A stretch of DNA of 64,000 bases from positions 1,120,001 to 1,184,000 of the forward strand of contig CAVTRN010000001.1 of the NCBI GenBank assembly GCA_963737155.1, written 5' to 3'. The notes beneath the pieces are model-generated. The model was not told the origin of the DNA. It did no database searches and saw nothing but the letters and a program-made list of their open reading frames with translations. Positions within the stretch are counted from its first letter, which is position 1; each line of letters opens with the position of its first letter. Below are positions 45,569-56,262 of this stretch, in pieces. Position numbers and translations under genes: made by a program. This DNA is from Nitrospirota bacterium. Its GTDB lineage: Bacteria > Nitrospirota > UBA9217.

Positions 45569-45765
45569 GATTAGCCTCTTACTGATTGTAGCACCGGGAA
45601 ATGAAAATTAAAAGGGACTCTGACCCAGACACTCATCAATATTCCTCCTAGCAATTGATTGACAAAAAGCTGTACTCCGGAAGCTGTGCTAAAATGCCCA
45701 TGTCAGTCCACGAAAGAGAACTTAGCTCTGGTTCGTCTCTTAGGATACTCAAAGGGAAGAGTTCT

Positions 45766-46188
45766 ATGTTAATACATGCTTAGCATATTTTGCGTGAGAG
45801 GCTTGCCGTAGGACGGGATATGAAGATAAAAGATGCTGCGCACCGACTTATTTCCTGCGGTCAAACGGGACTGCCCGCAGTCGGCGATTAAAATATTATT
45901 GACATCGTCGCGGAGTTCAACATCCTGCGGGCTATTCACGAAGACATGGATCTTTGGGAAATTTCTGTAGTGAGAATCATGACCAAAGTACTCACCGCAA
46001 CAGACATCAATACCTAAATAAATGATCTCGTCCTGACGATGCTTCTTATAAACTTCACCATTATGCCGATCGTGCATTAAACAATAAATATTGGTTCTCC
46101 TGAGCATACAAACGATGGTTACACATACATACATGTCACCCCATTATTATCATTTTCTCAATGACGATCGGAAAGGACCGTTTCTGTG
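45766..46188 (+). pseudogene. CBS-domain protein pseudogene
   Basis: From ATG 45766: MLIHA*HILRERLAVGRDMKIKDAAHRLISCGQTGLPAVGD*NIIDIVAEFNILRAIHEDMDLWEISVVRIMTK...*...MPIVH*, a CBS-pair pattern with four in-frame stops. Confidence 0.75.
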
Positions 46189-46283
46189 AAAATGGAAAAA
46201 ACTCTATAGTCCACTCTTTGGGGTTCAAAGTAAACACGACGAAAGTTTATAATAAATTATCCGCATCCTCTGAACTTTCTTAC

Positions 46284-46499
46284 TTACGCCGCTTGGGCCC
46301 TCGATTCCCGTGCAAGGTTGAAATCGAAGGTGTACACTCTGAAGTCTCCTTCGGGAAAGGCTTTTTTCATCCTGTTGACGAACTCCTCGAAAATCACCTT
46401 CTCATACTGCTGAATGTCGTAATCCCTTGTATTCTCAGTCACTCCTTGGAGGTTCATGTCCATGTAGAAATCCATATCCGGTGAAATGCGTAATCTCAT
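46284..46499 (-). CDS. Small acidic hypothetical protein (71 aa)
   Basis: Strong SD GGAGGTG before ATG 46499; downstream of degP on the same strand. Confidence 0.7.
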   Translation of the reverse strand: MRLRISPDMDFYMDMNLQGVTENTRDYDIQQYEKVIFEEFVNRMKKAFPEGDFRVYTFDFNLARESRAQAA

Positions 46500-46613
46500 A
46501 ATACTCACCTCCCTCTCCAGTCTGTACCCTGAGGACAGTCGCAAATTTTGCTCTACTCCAAGTATACCGCTCCCGGCCATCAATAGGAGCGAATCTGGCA
46601 CGTGCTTCAGACA

Positions 46614-48074
46614 TCATTGTTGGATTGTAAGGTAGATCGAGCCCCCGCCTCGATAGATGAGAAGCAGCACGGCATCATGTTTGCCGATCTTGGATGCGAC
46701 CTCGTCGAATTCCTGCGCGTTATGTATCGCACGGCGGTTCACTTCCTGGATCACATCGTTCGCCTGCAGCAGTCCCTGGGCTGGGCTATCGGTGCTGATG
46801 CCGGTAATCACAATACCATTTAGGTTCTCCGGCAGATTGAGCCTGTCCCGGATGCTCTGGGTGAGTTCCTGTACTGTGATGCCTTTAAGGGCATTTTCGT
46901 ACTCCGCTTTTTTTGTGATTTTTTTCTCTTTATACTCACCGAGTTTCATTGAGATGGTCTGTTCTATTCTTTCCCTGACAAATTTTACGTCAACCTTGGT
47001 TCCGGGAGCCAATGAAGTAACCATATTCCGGAGGCTTGTCGAGTCGGTGATCTTCCTCCCGTTAATCTCCACGATCAGGTCGCCCCGCTTGAGGCCCGCC
47101 TTGTCCGCGGGACCGCCGGTTTCGACGCCGGCGATTAGTGCGCCCTTGGTTTTCTTGAAGCCCATCGATTTAGCCAATTCGGGGGTGAGGTTCTGGATGC
47201 TAACGCCCATCCAGCCCCGGATTACTTTCCCGTATTTGATGATGCTATCCATCACTGATTTCGCCATATCAGAGGGAATGGAAAAACCAATTCCCATGTA
47301 GCCGCCGCTCGTTGAATAAATAGCCGTATTGATGCCTACGAGCTCCCCATCCGAATTCACGAGGGCCCCGCCAGAGTTGCCTGGGTTGATGGGCGCATCG
47401 GTCTGGATGAAGTCCTCAAAATCAGCCAGTCCGATGTTCGATCTGCCAACGGCGCTTACGATACCCATGGTGATGGTTTGGTTCAAGCCGAAAGGGCTGC
47501 CGATGGCCAGGACTATGTCGCCGGCTTTCAGTTTGCCGGAATCGCCAATTTTGAGGGTAGGCAGATCCTTGGCCTGGATTTTGATGACGGCAAGATCAGT
47601 TCTTGGATCGGTGCCGACAACTTTGCCTTTGAACTCCCGTTTGTCGAAAAGGATCACTTTGATTACATCAGCGCCTTTCACGACATGGTTGTTGGTCAGA
47701 ATATAGCCGTCGGAAGAAACGATGACACCGGAACCGAGAGCAGAGGATTTATATTTTCGTTTCTGCCCCTGGTTGCCGAATTGATCGCCGAAAAAATGTC
47801 TAAAAAAAGGATCGTTGAACATGCCGCCGAAGGGATTTTCTTCCTCGCTGACTGTTGAGGTTGTGGAAATGTTTACAACGACCGGCCTGGCCACTTCGGC
47901 AACCTCGGCCAGTGCATTGCTCAGTTTTCTGAGAAACTGTGCCGACTCCCGTGAAACGACCTGTTCTTTTGCAAGAGCTGGGCTGGTAATCGACAGGCCA
48001 GCTATTAAAACACCCGCGAGCATGATCAAGCCTAACTTTTTGTATCCTGAAACATGTTTTCCAAAATACCGCAC
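46614..48074 (-). CDS. degP: HtrA/DegP (Do) serine protease with two PDZ domains
   Basis: Signal peptide, LTNNHVV, TDLAVIKI, QTDAPINPGNSGG. Confidence 0.95.
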   Translation of the reverse strand: MRYFGKHVSGYKKLGLIMLAGVLIAGLSITSPALAKEQVVSRESAQFLRKLSNALAEVAEVARPVVVNISTTSTVSEEENPFGGMFNDPFFRHFFGDQFGNQGQKRKYKSSALGSGVIVSSDGYILTNNHVVKGADVIKVILFDKREFKGKVVGTDPRTDLAVIKIQAKDLPTLKIGDSGKLKAGDIVLAIGSPFGLNQTITMGIVSAVGRSNIGLADFEDFIQTDAPINPGNSGGALVNSDGELVGINTAIYSTSGGYMGIGFSIPSDMAKSVMDSIIKYGKVIRGWMGVSIQNLTPELAKSMGFKKTKGALIAGVETGGPADKAGLKRGDLIVEINGRKITDSTSLRNMVTSLAPGTKVDVKFVRERIEQTISMKLGEYKEKKITKKAEYENALKGITVQELTQSIRDRLNLPENLNGIVITGISTDSPAQGLLQANDVIQEVNRRAIHNAQEFDEVASKIGKHDAVLLLIYRGGGSIYLTIQQ

Positions 48075-48448
48075 TTTTAGTTCTCCTTTTTTGCAATCAT
48101 TTGATAAATTTGTGAAGGTGATGACGTAAATATATCCGAGCCATTATTGCGATCGAACAGAAACGCAATCTATTGACACCAAAGAAGCAGAAAAGTTGCT
48201 TATCTATGTAATAAAACATCAATTTAATGCGTAAATATACTACTATTTTTTTGAAAATGGAAATAGAGTTGTGGAGGTATCTTCTTACCAACCTAATGGG
48301 AGAAAGTCCGTGTTTTTATCTAACGGAGGTAGAATAGGGAACTCGGCGACCACTAATCAAATGATCATCTTTATGCTATAATTCCTGCACTAAAAAGGGG
48401 ATGCTGGAACTGCCCTTAGAACCCCCTCGCTTCGGCTATGGGGAGTGG

Positions 48449-51400
48449 TCAGAGCTGGACCGTCTGTTCGAGACGGGCGCTGTCGAGAAACAGGAGGTAG
48501 CCTTCTACGTACCGAAGTTTGAACACTTCTCTGATTGCTTCGCAGTAAACCTGAATCTGTGGCTGGTAGTGGGCCTTCCAGACAGCAAGTGATTCATCGC
48601 TGTCTAGGAGTACAGCCTTGTAATCGATGACATATCCTTTGTTGTCCTTTATTACCACGCGGTCGATAATGCCGCTTACCAGGTTGGCTCCCCTGTTGTA
48701 CAGGAAGGGCAGCTCTGAGTATGCGCCGGGCCCCGGCTCAAAAACCCATGCGAACTCTCTGCGGGTCAGGACCGCATTCAGGACAGCTTGAACATCGTTC
48801 GTAAACTCCTGGATAATTTCTATGCCATTAATGTCGGGGAAATCTGTAATAATCCGGTTGAGATCATAGGATCCTGTTTTTGCATGCGCTTCGAGGCAAC
48901 GGTGGAGTACGCTTCCCCTGGTGAGCGACGATACGATAGTCGGACCGGTTGAAGGTACAGAAATTTCGGTTGATTCTTCCCGGTCATGGTCTATGAAGTC
49001 TGTTGCATTTTTCCATTCGACCGATTCCGTGGGCGGGATGGGATGGATGTTGGAAATGATGCGCTCGATGTCATCAAAACGTTCGGGATCGCGGTTCAGC
49101 TCCAACTTTTCCGCAGGGAGGGGTGAGGGCTCGTTCCCGAGAACGCCTGCGAAGTGGGGTGGCCAAGCATGGATCAAAAACCCTTCCTGAGGGGTTGCTT
49201 CTTCGTCGAACAGCGGTTTCGGCGCTGCCGCGTGGAGATAATTCAGCCACGTGTTCTGTTTAATAGGTGATTTCCCTAGAGCGAGCGTGCCGATCATGAT
49301 CAGATGATCGCGGGCCCGAGTCATGGCAACATACAAAAGCCGTTGATGTTCATGCCGCAATTCCTCCCTCTCTAGTTCCCACATCTCATCGTATAAGGGG
49401 TTTGTCCCATACTTGGCAGCCATCCGCATGCCGTCGCCGCCTTCGACAAGAACAAGTGGGCCCGTTGCGGCTGACTTCGGCTGCTGGTTCATGCCGGGGA
49501 GGAACACGACGGGGAATTCAAGGCCCTTGGCTTTGTGCACAGTCATGATGCTCACCGTGCCCTGGCAGCCAGGCAAGTTCAGGTCAGCGGCAGCCTCGCG
49601 CTGCTCCGAGTCGCGAATGTTTTTCACCCGTTCGACGAAGTCCTGGAGCGTCGTATAACCGCGGCTGTCGAATTCACGTGCCTCGTCGAGCAGCTTATCG
49701 ATATTAAAAATCGCTTGTGGGTTCTGTTTCCCGAAACGGACATAGGCGCAGGTGTCTTCTATAATGGCATGAATCAGGCCTGCCAGCGGTGCAAGCCCCG
49801 CGTTTCGCTCCCATCTCCGGAAAAGCTCCCCTGTCTCCGGCCTGCGTTTACGAAGTGAATCGACCATCCGGGCATTGTTCTGTTTGAGATCAAAAATATC
49901 CTCGTCCGTTAGTCCGAAGAGCGGTGATTTAAGCGCCGCGGCAAGGCTGAGTTCGTCATCGTGGTTCCAAAGGGAAAAAAGAACGTTTATAAGAGCCTGG
50001 ATCTCATCTTCCTCATAGAAACCAATCCCGCCGACAACACGAAAGGGAATGTTCTCTTTTTGGAGTGCCACCTCGTATTCTTTGAGCTTTGTGCGCGACT
50101 GGATTAGTATGGCGCAGTCTCGGTATTCCACTTGGCGAACGTGCCATTCATCAGGTTCCAGGTCACCACTGCCGCCAATGCCAGGAGAGAACGATTTTTC
50201 ATAAACAATTGTGTTGCTCTCAATGAACGTCTTGATTTCCCGAGCAAGCACGTTCGCCTCAGTCAGTTCCGGCGTGGTCTGATTCGGCGTCCCGGGCGCG
50301 AATTCGACAAGTCTTACACTTCCCAGGTGTCCCCTGCGGTTCGTTTCAGAGCGCTGGTAGGACTTTTCCCAGAAGTGAGTAAACACCTGGTTCACGGTCT
50401 CGATGATTTGTTCTGTGGACCGGTAGTTTGTCTGGAGCGTCAGGATATTACATGTGTCTGCAGGAAGAAGCCGTACCATTTTCTCACGAACGAGTTCGAT
50501 CAGCCGGTAGTTCGCCTCGCGGAAGCGGTAAATGGACTGCTTTTCATCACCCACCACGAAAAGGGTGGGCGCCATGCCTTTGTCCGTCCCTTGACCCGCG
50601 AAAAGCTCTTCAGTCAGCCTGCTTAGTACTGCCCACTGTATGTCACTGGTATCCTGGAATTCATCCACGAGGAAGTGAAGTATCTTTCTGTCGAGCCAGT
50701 AGAGGATATCCAGAGAGTCCTTGCTCTGGAGCAGGCGGTAGGCGTAGATTTCGAGATCATCGAAGTCAAGCAGACCTTCCCGGAGCTTTGATTCCTGATA
50801 TTTTTTTTCAGCGCGTTGAAACAGGGTTATCAGGCTTAGAACTTTGCGGCCCGCGCTGATTCGGGCGGAAAGCTTACGAAACCGGGCCAGCATCTCCTGA
50901 CAGGCAAAATAAGCTTTTTCGTAATCATCGCGGCCTTTCCCGATGAACACCTTTTTCGTGATCGGGGGACATTTGCGAGGCTGCCCTTCTGTCGTGAAAT
51001 AAAGAGGAACTAGGTACGTGGAGTTTTTGAATGCCTCATCAAAGTTCCGAGTGATTGCGATGAGAAGATGATCCGCGCCCCTGTTGCGATCATAGATATC
51101 CGGCTGGGATCGGAGTATGTTTTCCATCTCACGGAAACCCGCCTCCCATTCAGTCGAAGATGACAGCTTCCGCAATTCGTCGTCGTCGTTCTCCATGCCC
51201 ATGGCCGATTGCACGCCGAAGAGCAGGCCATTGGCCCCCCCTGCGTCTATTTCCATGCGCTTCAGCCTCGTCCGGATCATAAGCAGAAACCCGACGAATG
51301 CGACGAGGTCATCTGCGGAAATATCTCCGAGTGCAGCCATGAGCTGTTGATCCCGGGCTGACATCTCGAGTGCATCCTCGATGGACTTCTGAATCTTATA

Positions 51401-51796
51401 CCCCTGATCCCGCGCATCAAGGACACCGAAGTCCGGAGGCAGCCCTGCTTCGATCGGATATCGCTTTAGCAGGTTCATGCAAAAGGAGTGGATCGTAGAG
51501 ATGCGGAGGTCCTCCCTGCCTCTGATGATCTTCTTGAGCATGGCTTCGGGAAGGTCGTGCATGACGCGTTCCTTGATTTCCGCGGCGGCCTTGTCTGTAA
51601 AGGTGATGGCCACGGCCTGATCGATGTGGAGGCCTCGATTGTCAAGCACGTCCAGCAAAGCGAGAAACCGGTCTTTAAGCGCACGGGTCTTGCCCGAGCC
51701 GGCAGAGGCGGAGAGATGTACGGACTTGCCGGTATCAGTGGCTTTTTTCGTGATCTGATTGTGAAGTTCGGCGGTCATGTTCCTCTCGGGATCCAA
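48449..51796 (-). CDS. addA: AddA-like UvrD helicase-nuclease
   Basis: ASAGSGKT, VDEFQDT, VGDEKQSIYRFR, TVHKAKGLEF, YVAMTRA, and nuclease GIIDRV..IDYK. Confidence 0.9.
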   Translation of the reverse strand: MDPERNMTAELHNQITKKATDTGKSVHLSASAGSGKTRALKDRFLALLDVLDNRGLHIDQAVAITFTDKAAAEIKERVMHDLPEAMLKKIIRGREDLRISTIHSFCMNLLKRYPIEAGLPPDFGVLDARDQGYKIQKSIEDALEMSARDQQLMAALGDISADDLVAFVGFLLMIRTRLKRMEIDAGGANGLLFGVQSAMGMENDDDELRKLSSSTEWEAGFREMENILRSQPDIYDRNRGADHLLIAITRNFDEAFKNSTYLVPLYFTTEGQPRKCPPITKKVFIGKGRDDYEKAYFACQEMLARFRKLSARISAGRKVLSLITLFQRAEKKYQESKLREGLLDFDDLEIYAYRLLQSKDSLDILYWLDRKILHFLVDEFQDTSDIQWAVLSRLTEELFAGQGTDKGMAPTLFVVGDEKQSIYRFREANYRLIELVREKMVRLLPADTCNILTLQTNYRSTEQIIETVNQVFTHFWEKSYQRSETNRRGHLGSVRLVEFAPGTPNQTTPELTEANVLAREIKTFIESNTIVYEKSFSPGIGGSGDLEPDEWHVRQVEYRDCAILIQSRTKLKEYEVALQKENIPFRVVGGIGFYEEDEIQALINVLFSLWNHDDELSLAAALKSPLFGLTDEDIFDLKQNNARMVDSLRKRRPETGELFRRWERNAGLAPLAGLIHAIIEDTCAYVRFGKQNPQAIFNIDKLLDEAREFDSRGYTTLQDFVERVKNIRDSEQREAAADLNLPGCQGTVSIMTVHKAKGLEFPVVFLPGMNQQPKSAATGPLVLVEGGDGMRMAAKYGTNPLYDEMWELEREELRHEHQRLLYVAMTRARDHLIMIGTLALGKSPIKQNTWLNYLHAAAPKPLFDEEATPQEGFLIHAWPPHFAGVLGNEPSPLPAEKLELNRDPERFDDIERIISNIHPIPPTESVEWKNATDFIDHDREESTEISVPSTGPTIVSSLTRGSVLHRCLEAHAKTGSYDLNRIITDFPDINGIEIIQEFTNDVQAVLNAVLTRREFAWVFEPGPGAYSELPFLYNRGANLVSGIIDRVVIKDNKGYVIDYKAVLLDSDESLAVWKAHYQPQIQVYCEAIREVFKLRYVEGYLLFLDSARLEQTVQL

Positions 51797-51802
51797 TGCC
51801 TA

Positions 51803-54800
51803 TCATTCCTCATGCCTGCACATGATGCTATTCGGGCAGTATCTGCATTTGCTTTCATCCTGCGGTTTGGCTGGAAAGTCGCCAGCGAGAATGCCCTCGA
51901 CCGCCTTGCAGGCCCTGTCCAGGCTTTGTTTTAAAATTGTCTCGAATTCTTCTGCGGTCCTGGCGCTAGCCTTGGGTTTTGACGACGGCTGGTCGCTCAG
52001 GACTTCTTTGTCGAAGAGCACGACGTCGCGCGCGGACGCACCGAACTTTCCCGACAGATCGTAATAAACGAGTCCGATGGGCGTCTTCAGCACAGGGCTA
52101 TCGGATTTCAGCGCTATCCGGGCCATAGCCGCATAGACCGGGAGCTGGAAGATGTCCTGATCAGTACTTATTTTAGGCTGAGGATACTTGCCCGTTTTGT
52201 AGTCCACGATCATGAAATTGCCGTTTTCGTCGACGTCGATGCGGTCGATCTTGGCCGATAGCTCGACTTCTGTTCCATTCATCAGAACAAGACGATATCC
52301 TTCAATTTTCCGCTCGAGATACGCTGGCCTCATTCCCTGCTTCCAGAATTTCATCTCGGATTCGAGGAAGCGTTCGGTCATGACCGCAAGAAACAGTTCC
52401 TTGTTGCGCCGGTTACGGAACGTGTCGGCTTCGGCATCAAAAGTGGAATCCGCTAGCTTGTCCAGGAGAGCACGGGCTTCCCCGCGGTTTTCCTCGGTGA
52501 CTGCTTTGTTCCAGGAAAGATAGAAATTTCGAAGGATCGTGTGCACTTTGCTGCCCAGTTCAGGCGGAGAGATGTCTTCAGTCACTTCCTCGAGCGGCTT
52601 CATGCCGAGGACCTTGAGGACATAGTAATCATAGGGGCAATTAATATAAGTGTCCAGCTCGGTAACCGAAAATTCCCGTTTCAGTGGCAGGACACGCGGT
52701 GAGGCTGATTCGACCGGATGGTCGCCGATCGCCGATTGCACGCCGGCCATCCCTTTGATATTTGCGGATAGTACGGCTGACAGTCTCTGATCGGAGCCAT
52801 GGATGGCGATTGCCTTTGCCAACTCGGGGATACTGCGGCTCTCCTCGATTTTCAGGCTAGACTGGATGCCCGACGTTTTCGCAAGTCCTCTATTGATCAG
52901 ACCGGCCTTCCTAAGCGGTGTAAGCTCATCCAAGAAGGGTGACGCAACCGTCGGCCGGTCCCCTTCATTCTCCGGATAGATCAGCGTTACGCTTGCCGCT
53001 GAAAGCAGGAGTCGGTAGAAGTTATGTGCTGCGGCCATGCGCGTTCGCTCAAGCGTGCGTACGCCGAGGGCTTCGAGTGTGGCTTCAGGCAGAAAAATGT
53101 TCTGAGGCAGACGCTGGGGGAACTTGGCGTCTGTGAGACCGCCGAAATAGATTTCGTTCCATGCATGGCCTCTGCTCTCACTCAAGCCCAGAATCTGGAC
53201 CCCCCCTTCATCTTCCGGAGGAACCTGGAACCGCGTATGCATGAACGTCTTTCTTAGCATGAAAAGCCATTCGCTGAAGGTATATCGGTATTCGGAAAAG
53301 ATAGTTCCCGCGCGGCCGAGGGACGCTAGTGTTGCAGTCAGCTTTCTATAAGCCTGGAGATTAGTGTTGAGTGGGCCTTTAATAGCACCAACTCGCGATT
53401 CGACTCCTGACCAGGTTATGAGAACGGCGAGTCTTTTCATCCAAAGGGCAAGGGGCGCCGGCTCTCCTGTAGAAAAGGGATCCAGGGCCTTGAAGAGATC
53501 AGTCAGCGGACCCATAAGGATGTCTCTGCCCTTAATATCACGATATTGATGTTGAAGTGCTGCTATGAGTTTGTGCTTCCCTCCGGGAATGCGCCTGTCT
53601 CTCATGATGCGGTCAAGGGTAGGCGCCACGAGCTGTGATTCGCCGAATTTCAGAAAGGGCGAACTCACGATCCTCATCAAGGAAGGGCCGGAGAAATCTT
53701 CTTGGACCGCGCGAAGCAGTGACAATACGGCCATGGTTACGGGAGATGTACTGAGCTGCCTGCCGAGCGCCCGGTTGTAGGGTATGCCGAAATCATTGAA
53801 TAGTTCCTCAACAAGCGGCCCGTACTCATCGAGTGTGGGAAAAGCCACAAGGATCGAATCCGGCGCTGTGCCCTGCTGGAGGGATTTTTTTATCTCGCCG
53901 GCGATAAACGACACTTCTTCTCGGGTGCTAACCGCAGAAAGGACGCGGATATTCTTATTGAAGGCAGCAGCCTGTGGAGCCTTTTCCGCTTCCCAGGCAA
54001 AAGGCTTGTCCGAAAAAAGCACCTCGCTCAAATACCCGTCTTCAATGCTCGCAGTAGCAGTGGAAGATCCGGGCGAGAGGCCGAGGCAGCTGAGAAAATC
54101 CTTGGTCAGCCGGAGTGGATGATAATTCCTTGCGCGTCTGATGCTTTCCTCCGATGGAGCTTCAACGAGGATGGTGCAGCCGGGATGAACCACGATCTTT
54201 CTCATGAGCCGGGCCTGAACCTCGTCAACATCATTAATCCCGTCGATAATTATCCGGGTATAGGGCGACAGCCATGCCGGGTCAAACCGGTCAGCGAGAA
54301 GCGTGAGCGTACCAGCAGGATCGAGCAGGTTTTTTTCCACCATGATACGTTCATACCGCTCATAGGCATCAATAAGCAATTTTACTTGGTTTCTGTCCGA
54401 AAAATCGCTGTTCCGGACCGTTGCTTCGAGCCTCTGCGACGTGATTCCCGCCGACGAAAGCTGTTCGAGCATGTCCGCCACGACCGCGGATAGGGACGGA
54501 GCAAGGATATCAGGGTGATCACCGAAAGAGGATTTTCCCGAGATCAGTTCCTTGACGACCCCTTCGAGCAGAATGAGCCTGCTATTCTCATCCATAAGCA
54601 CCGGGCCATTGATTTTTGCGTAGAGGTGATACAGGAACTGATGGAGGGTCCGGACCTCGGGCTGAACCAAGGCAGCGGATCCGTAAAGCCGATTTACCGC
54701 AGCCAGGAAAAGCCGTCCATATGACCGTTTCATTCGTGTTGCGGGTACGAGAATGAGGACGTCGCTATACATAAACGGCGGACCCGGGCGCGAGGCGATG

Positions 54801-54868
54801 ATCTCTTCAACGAGGCGGTTTCTTTCGGCCAGCCCTGCATTTCCGTATGGCAGTGTCATGATGCTCAT
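51803..54868 (-). CDS. addB: AddB-like PD-(D/E)XK nuclease with Fe-S staple
   Basis: CPYDYY, KIDRIDVD..IVDYKTG, QLPVY, CRYCPNSIMC; directly upstream of addA. Confidence 0.88.
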   Translation of the reverse strand: MSIMTLPYGNAGLAERNRLVEEIIASRPGPPFMYSDVLILVPATRMKRSYGRLFLAAVNRLYGSAALVQPEVRTLHQFLYHLYAKINGPVLMDENSRLILLEGVVKELISGKSSFGDHPDILAPSLSAVVADMLEQLSSAGITSQRLEATVRNSDFSDRNQVKLLIDAYERYERIMVEKNLLDPAGTLTLLADRFDPAWLSPYTRIIIDGINDVDEVQARLMRKIVVHPGCTILVEAPSEESIRRARNYHPLRLTKDFLSCLGLSPGSSTATASIEDGYLSEVLFSDKPFAWEAEKAPQAAAFNKNIRVLSAVSTREEVSFIAGEIKKSLQQGTAPDSILVAFPTLDEYGPLVEELFNDFGIPYNRALGRQLSTSPVTMAVLSLLRAVQEDFSGPSLMRIVSSPFLKFGESQLVAPTLDRIMRDRRIPGGKHKLIAALQHQYRDIKGRDILMGPLTDLFKALDPFSTGEPAPLALWMKRLAVLITWSGVESRVGAIKGPLNTNLQAYRKLTATLASLGRAGTIFSEYRYTFSEWLFMLRKTFMHTRFQVPPEDEGGVQILGLSESRGHAWNEIYFGGLTDAKFPQRLPQNIFLPEATLEALGVRTLERTRMAAAHNFYRLLLSAASVTLIYPENEGDRPTVASPFLDELTPLRKAGLINRGLAKTSGIQSSLKIEESRSIPELAKAIAIHGSDQRLSAVLSANIKGMAGVQSAIGDHPVESASPRVLPLKREFSVTELDTYINCPYDYYVLKVLGMKPLEEVTEDISPPELGSKVHTILRNFYLSWNKAVTEENRGEARALLDKLADSTFDAEADTFRNRRNKELFLAVMTERFLESEMKFWKQGMRPAYLERKIEGYRLVLMNGTEVELSAKIDRIDVDENGNFMIVDYKTGKYPQPKISTDQDIFQLPVYAAMARIALKSDSPVLKTPIGLVYYDLSGKFGASARDVVLFDKEVLSDQPSSKPKASARTAEEFETILKQSLDRACKAVEGILAGDFPAKPQDESKCRYCPNSIMCRHEE

Positions 54869-54877
54869 CGTTCGATG

Positions 54878-54906
54878 ATTATGCCATAAGTCCCATAAAT
54901 TAACAA
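54878..54906 (-). promoter_or_regulatory. addBA promoter (near-leaderless)
   Basis: TTGTTA, 17 bp, TG-n-CATAAT, 9 nt, ATG; no Shine-Dalgarno. Confidence 0.5.
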
Positions 54907-54992
54907 TGTATTGGTCTACACTGCTACTGGCAAGGTACTTGTCACGGAATTCGTATGAAGTGCTTTTCGGGAGGGCCGGGAAGGAAAATTTA

Positions 54993-55021
54993 TTGACAAT
55001 AAATATTGCATGATCTATAAT
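54993..55021 (+). promoter_or_regulatory. Consensus sigma70 promoter of ferredoxin-trxA
   Basis: TTGACA, 17 bp, TATAAT. Confidence 0.85.
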
Positions 55022-55035
55022 TCAAAACAATTGTT

Positions 55036-55236
55036 ATGCAATTTAAAATTGTGACTGATAAATGTACCGGATGTGTGACCTGCACCGATATTTGCCCGAC
55101 CGAGGCAATAAAGATCGAAAACGGCAAAGCGAAAATCACCGTGGAGTGTATAGACTGCGGAGCGTGTCCCCGCGTCTGCCCCGAGGGCGCAATTAAGATG
55201 CAATTGGCGCCCGCTCTGGTGTTGACGGTTAAATAA
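55036..55236 (+). CDS. 2x[4Fe-4S] ferredoxin
   Basis: [12 protein letters not shown] and [12 protein letters not shown]. Confidence 0.93.
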   Translation: MQFKIVTDKCTGCVTCTDICPTEAIKIENGKAKITVECIDCGACPRVCPEGAIKMQLAPALVLTVK

Positions 55237-55252
55237 TTCTGAGGAGGCTGGC

Positions 55253-55576
55253 ATGGCAGAAGCGGTAACGAGTGCAACATGGGAACAGGAAGTTCTGAAA
55301 GCGTCCGGACTGGTCCTGGTGGATTTCTGGGCGGTGTGGTGTGGGCCCTGCAGGATGGTGGCGCCAATCGTGGACGAGATTTCCAAAGAGTACGAAGGCA
55401 AGCTCAAGGTCCTGAAGCTCAACACCGACGAGAATCCCGAGGTGGCCGGCAAGTATCGTATCATGGGCATTCCGACTCTCATGTTCTTCAAGAGCGGTCA
55501 GACAGTGGATCAGGTGGTCGGTGCCGTGCCGAAAGCGCAGCTCAAGACCAAGGTTGATACACTGCTCGCAAAGTAG
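55253..55576 (+). CDS. trxA: Thioredoxin
   Basis: [16 protein letters not shown]. Confidence 0.97.
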   Translation: MAEAVTSATWEQEVLKASGLVLVDFWAVWCGPCRMVAPIVDEISKEYEGKLKVLKLNTDENPEVAGKYRIMGIPTLMFFKSGQTVDQVVGAVPKAQLKTKVDTLLAK

Positions 55577-55702
55577 ATGGCCCGCATTTCTCTAGCCGGC
55601 TGCATTCTGGGTCTGAACGTTCCGGTTTTGTAGGCTGCCCGGTTCACTGGGCGGTCTCACTTTTCACGGCAGAGAAAGACTTCTGCCGAAGGAGAAGTCT
55701 TA

Positions 55703-56191
55703 ATGTTGAGGAAATATCTGGCATCATCTGTTATTGTTCTGGCAGTCTTGTTCGGCTGTACTAATAAGGGCGCATCGTCAGGCGGTAACGTTGCAGCCGA
55801 CTTTACACTTCAGGATTTGAACGGCAATAATGTCAGGCTCTCGGACTACCGGGGCAAGGTTGTCCTGCTCGAGTTCTGGGCCACATGGTGTCCGCCCTGT
55901 CGCGCTTCAATCCCGGGGATAGAAAAGCTGTACAATGATTACAAGAACAAGGGTCTCGTTGTTCTAGCTGTTTCGGTCGATGAAGACGGATGGGACCAGG
56001 TCAGATCCTTTATTTCAAGTAACGGCATAAGCTACACGGTCCTCAAGGGCGATAATGATGTTGAGAAAAACTATCAAGTTCGCACGATTCCGATGATGCT
56101 CATTTTGGACAAGGACGGCCGGATATCGAAACGATATCTCGGATTCGGAAACGAAGAAGACCTAGATAAGGATGTCAAGGCCATTCTTTGA
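55703..56191 (+). CDS. TlpA/ResA-like lipoprotein thiol-disulfide oxidoreductase
   Basis: Lipobox LFGC; FWATWCPPC. Confidence 0.92.
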   Translation: MLRKYLASSVIVLAVLFGCTNKGASSGGNVAADFTLQDLNGNNVRLSDYRGKVVLLEFWATWCPPCRASIPGIEKLYNDYKNKGLVVLAVSVDEDGWDQVRSFISSNGISYTVLKGDNDVEKNYQVRTIPMMLILDKDGRISKRYLGFGNEEDLDKDVKAIL

Positions 56192-56220
56192 ACGGGAGCC
56201 TTAGCGCTTCCGGTTTTTAA

Positions 56221-56249
56221 TTGACAAGATATAGACCTGCCGCTATAAT
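56221..56249 (+). promoter_or_regulatory. Consensus sigma70 promoter of tRNA-Gly
   Basis: TTGACA, 17 bp, TATAAT. Confidence 0.9.
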
Positions 56250-56262
56250 GTTTTTCGAAAAA

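Noticed and set aside
45769-46134. 121-aa minus-strand ORF
   Set aside because: Antisense to the CBS pseudogene; no protein signature.
48449-54868. Helicase plus Cas4-like nuclease as a defence system
   Set aside because: Size, order, Fe-S motif and proximity to trxA match housekeeping AddAB.
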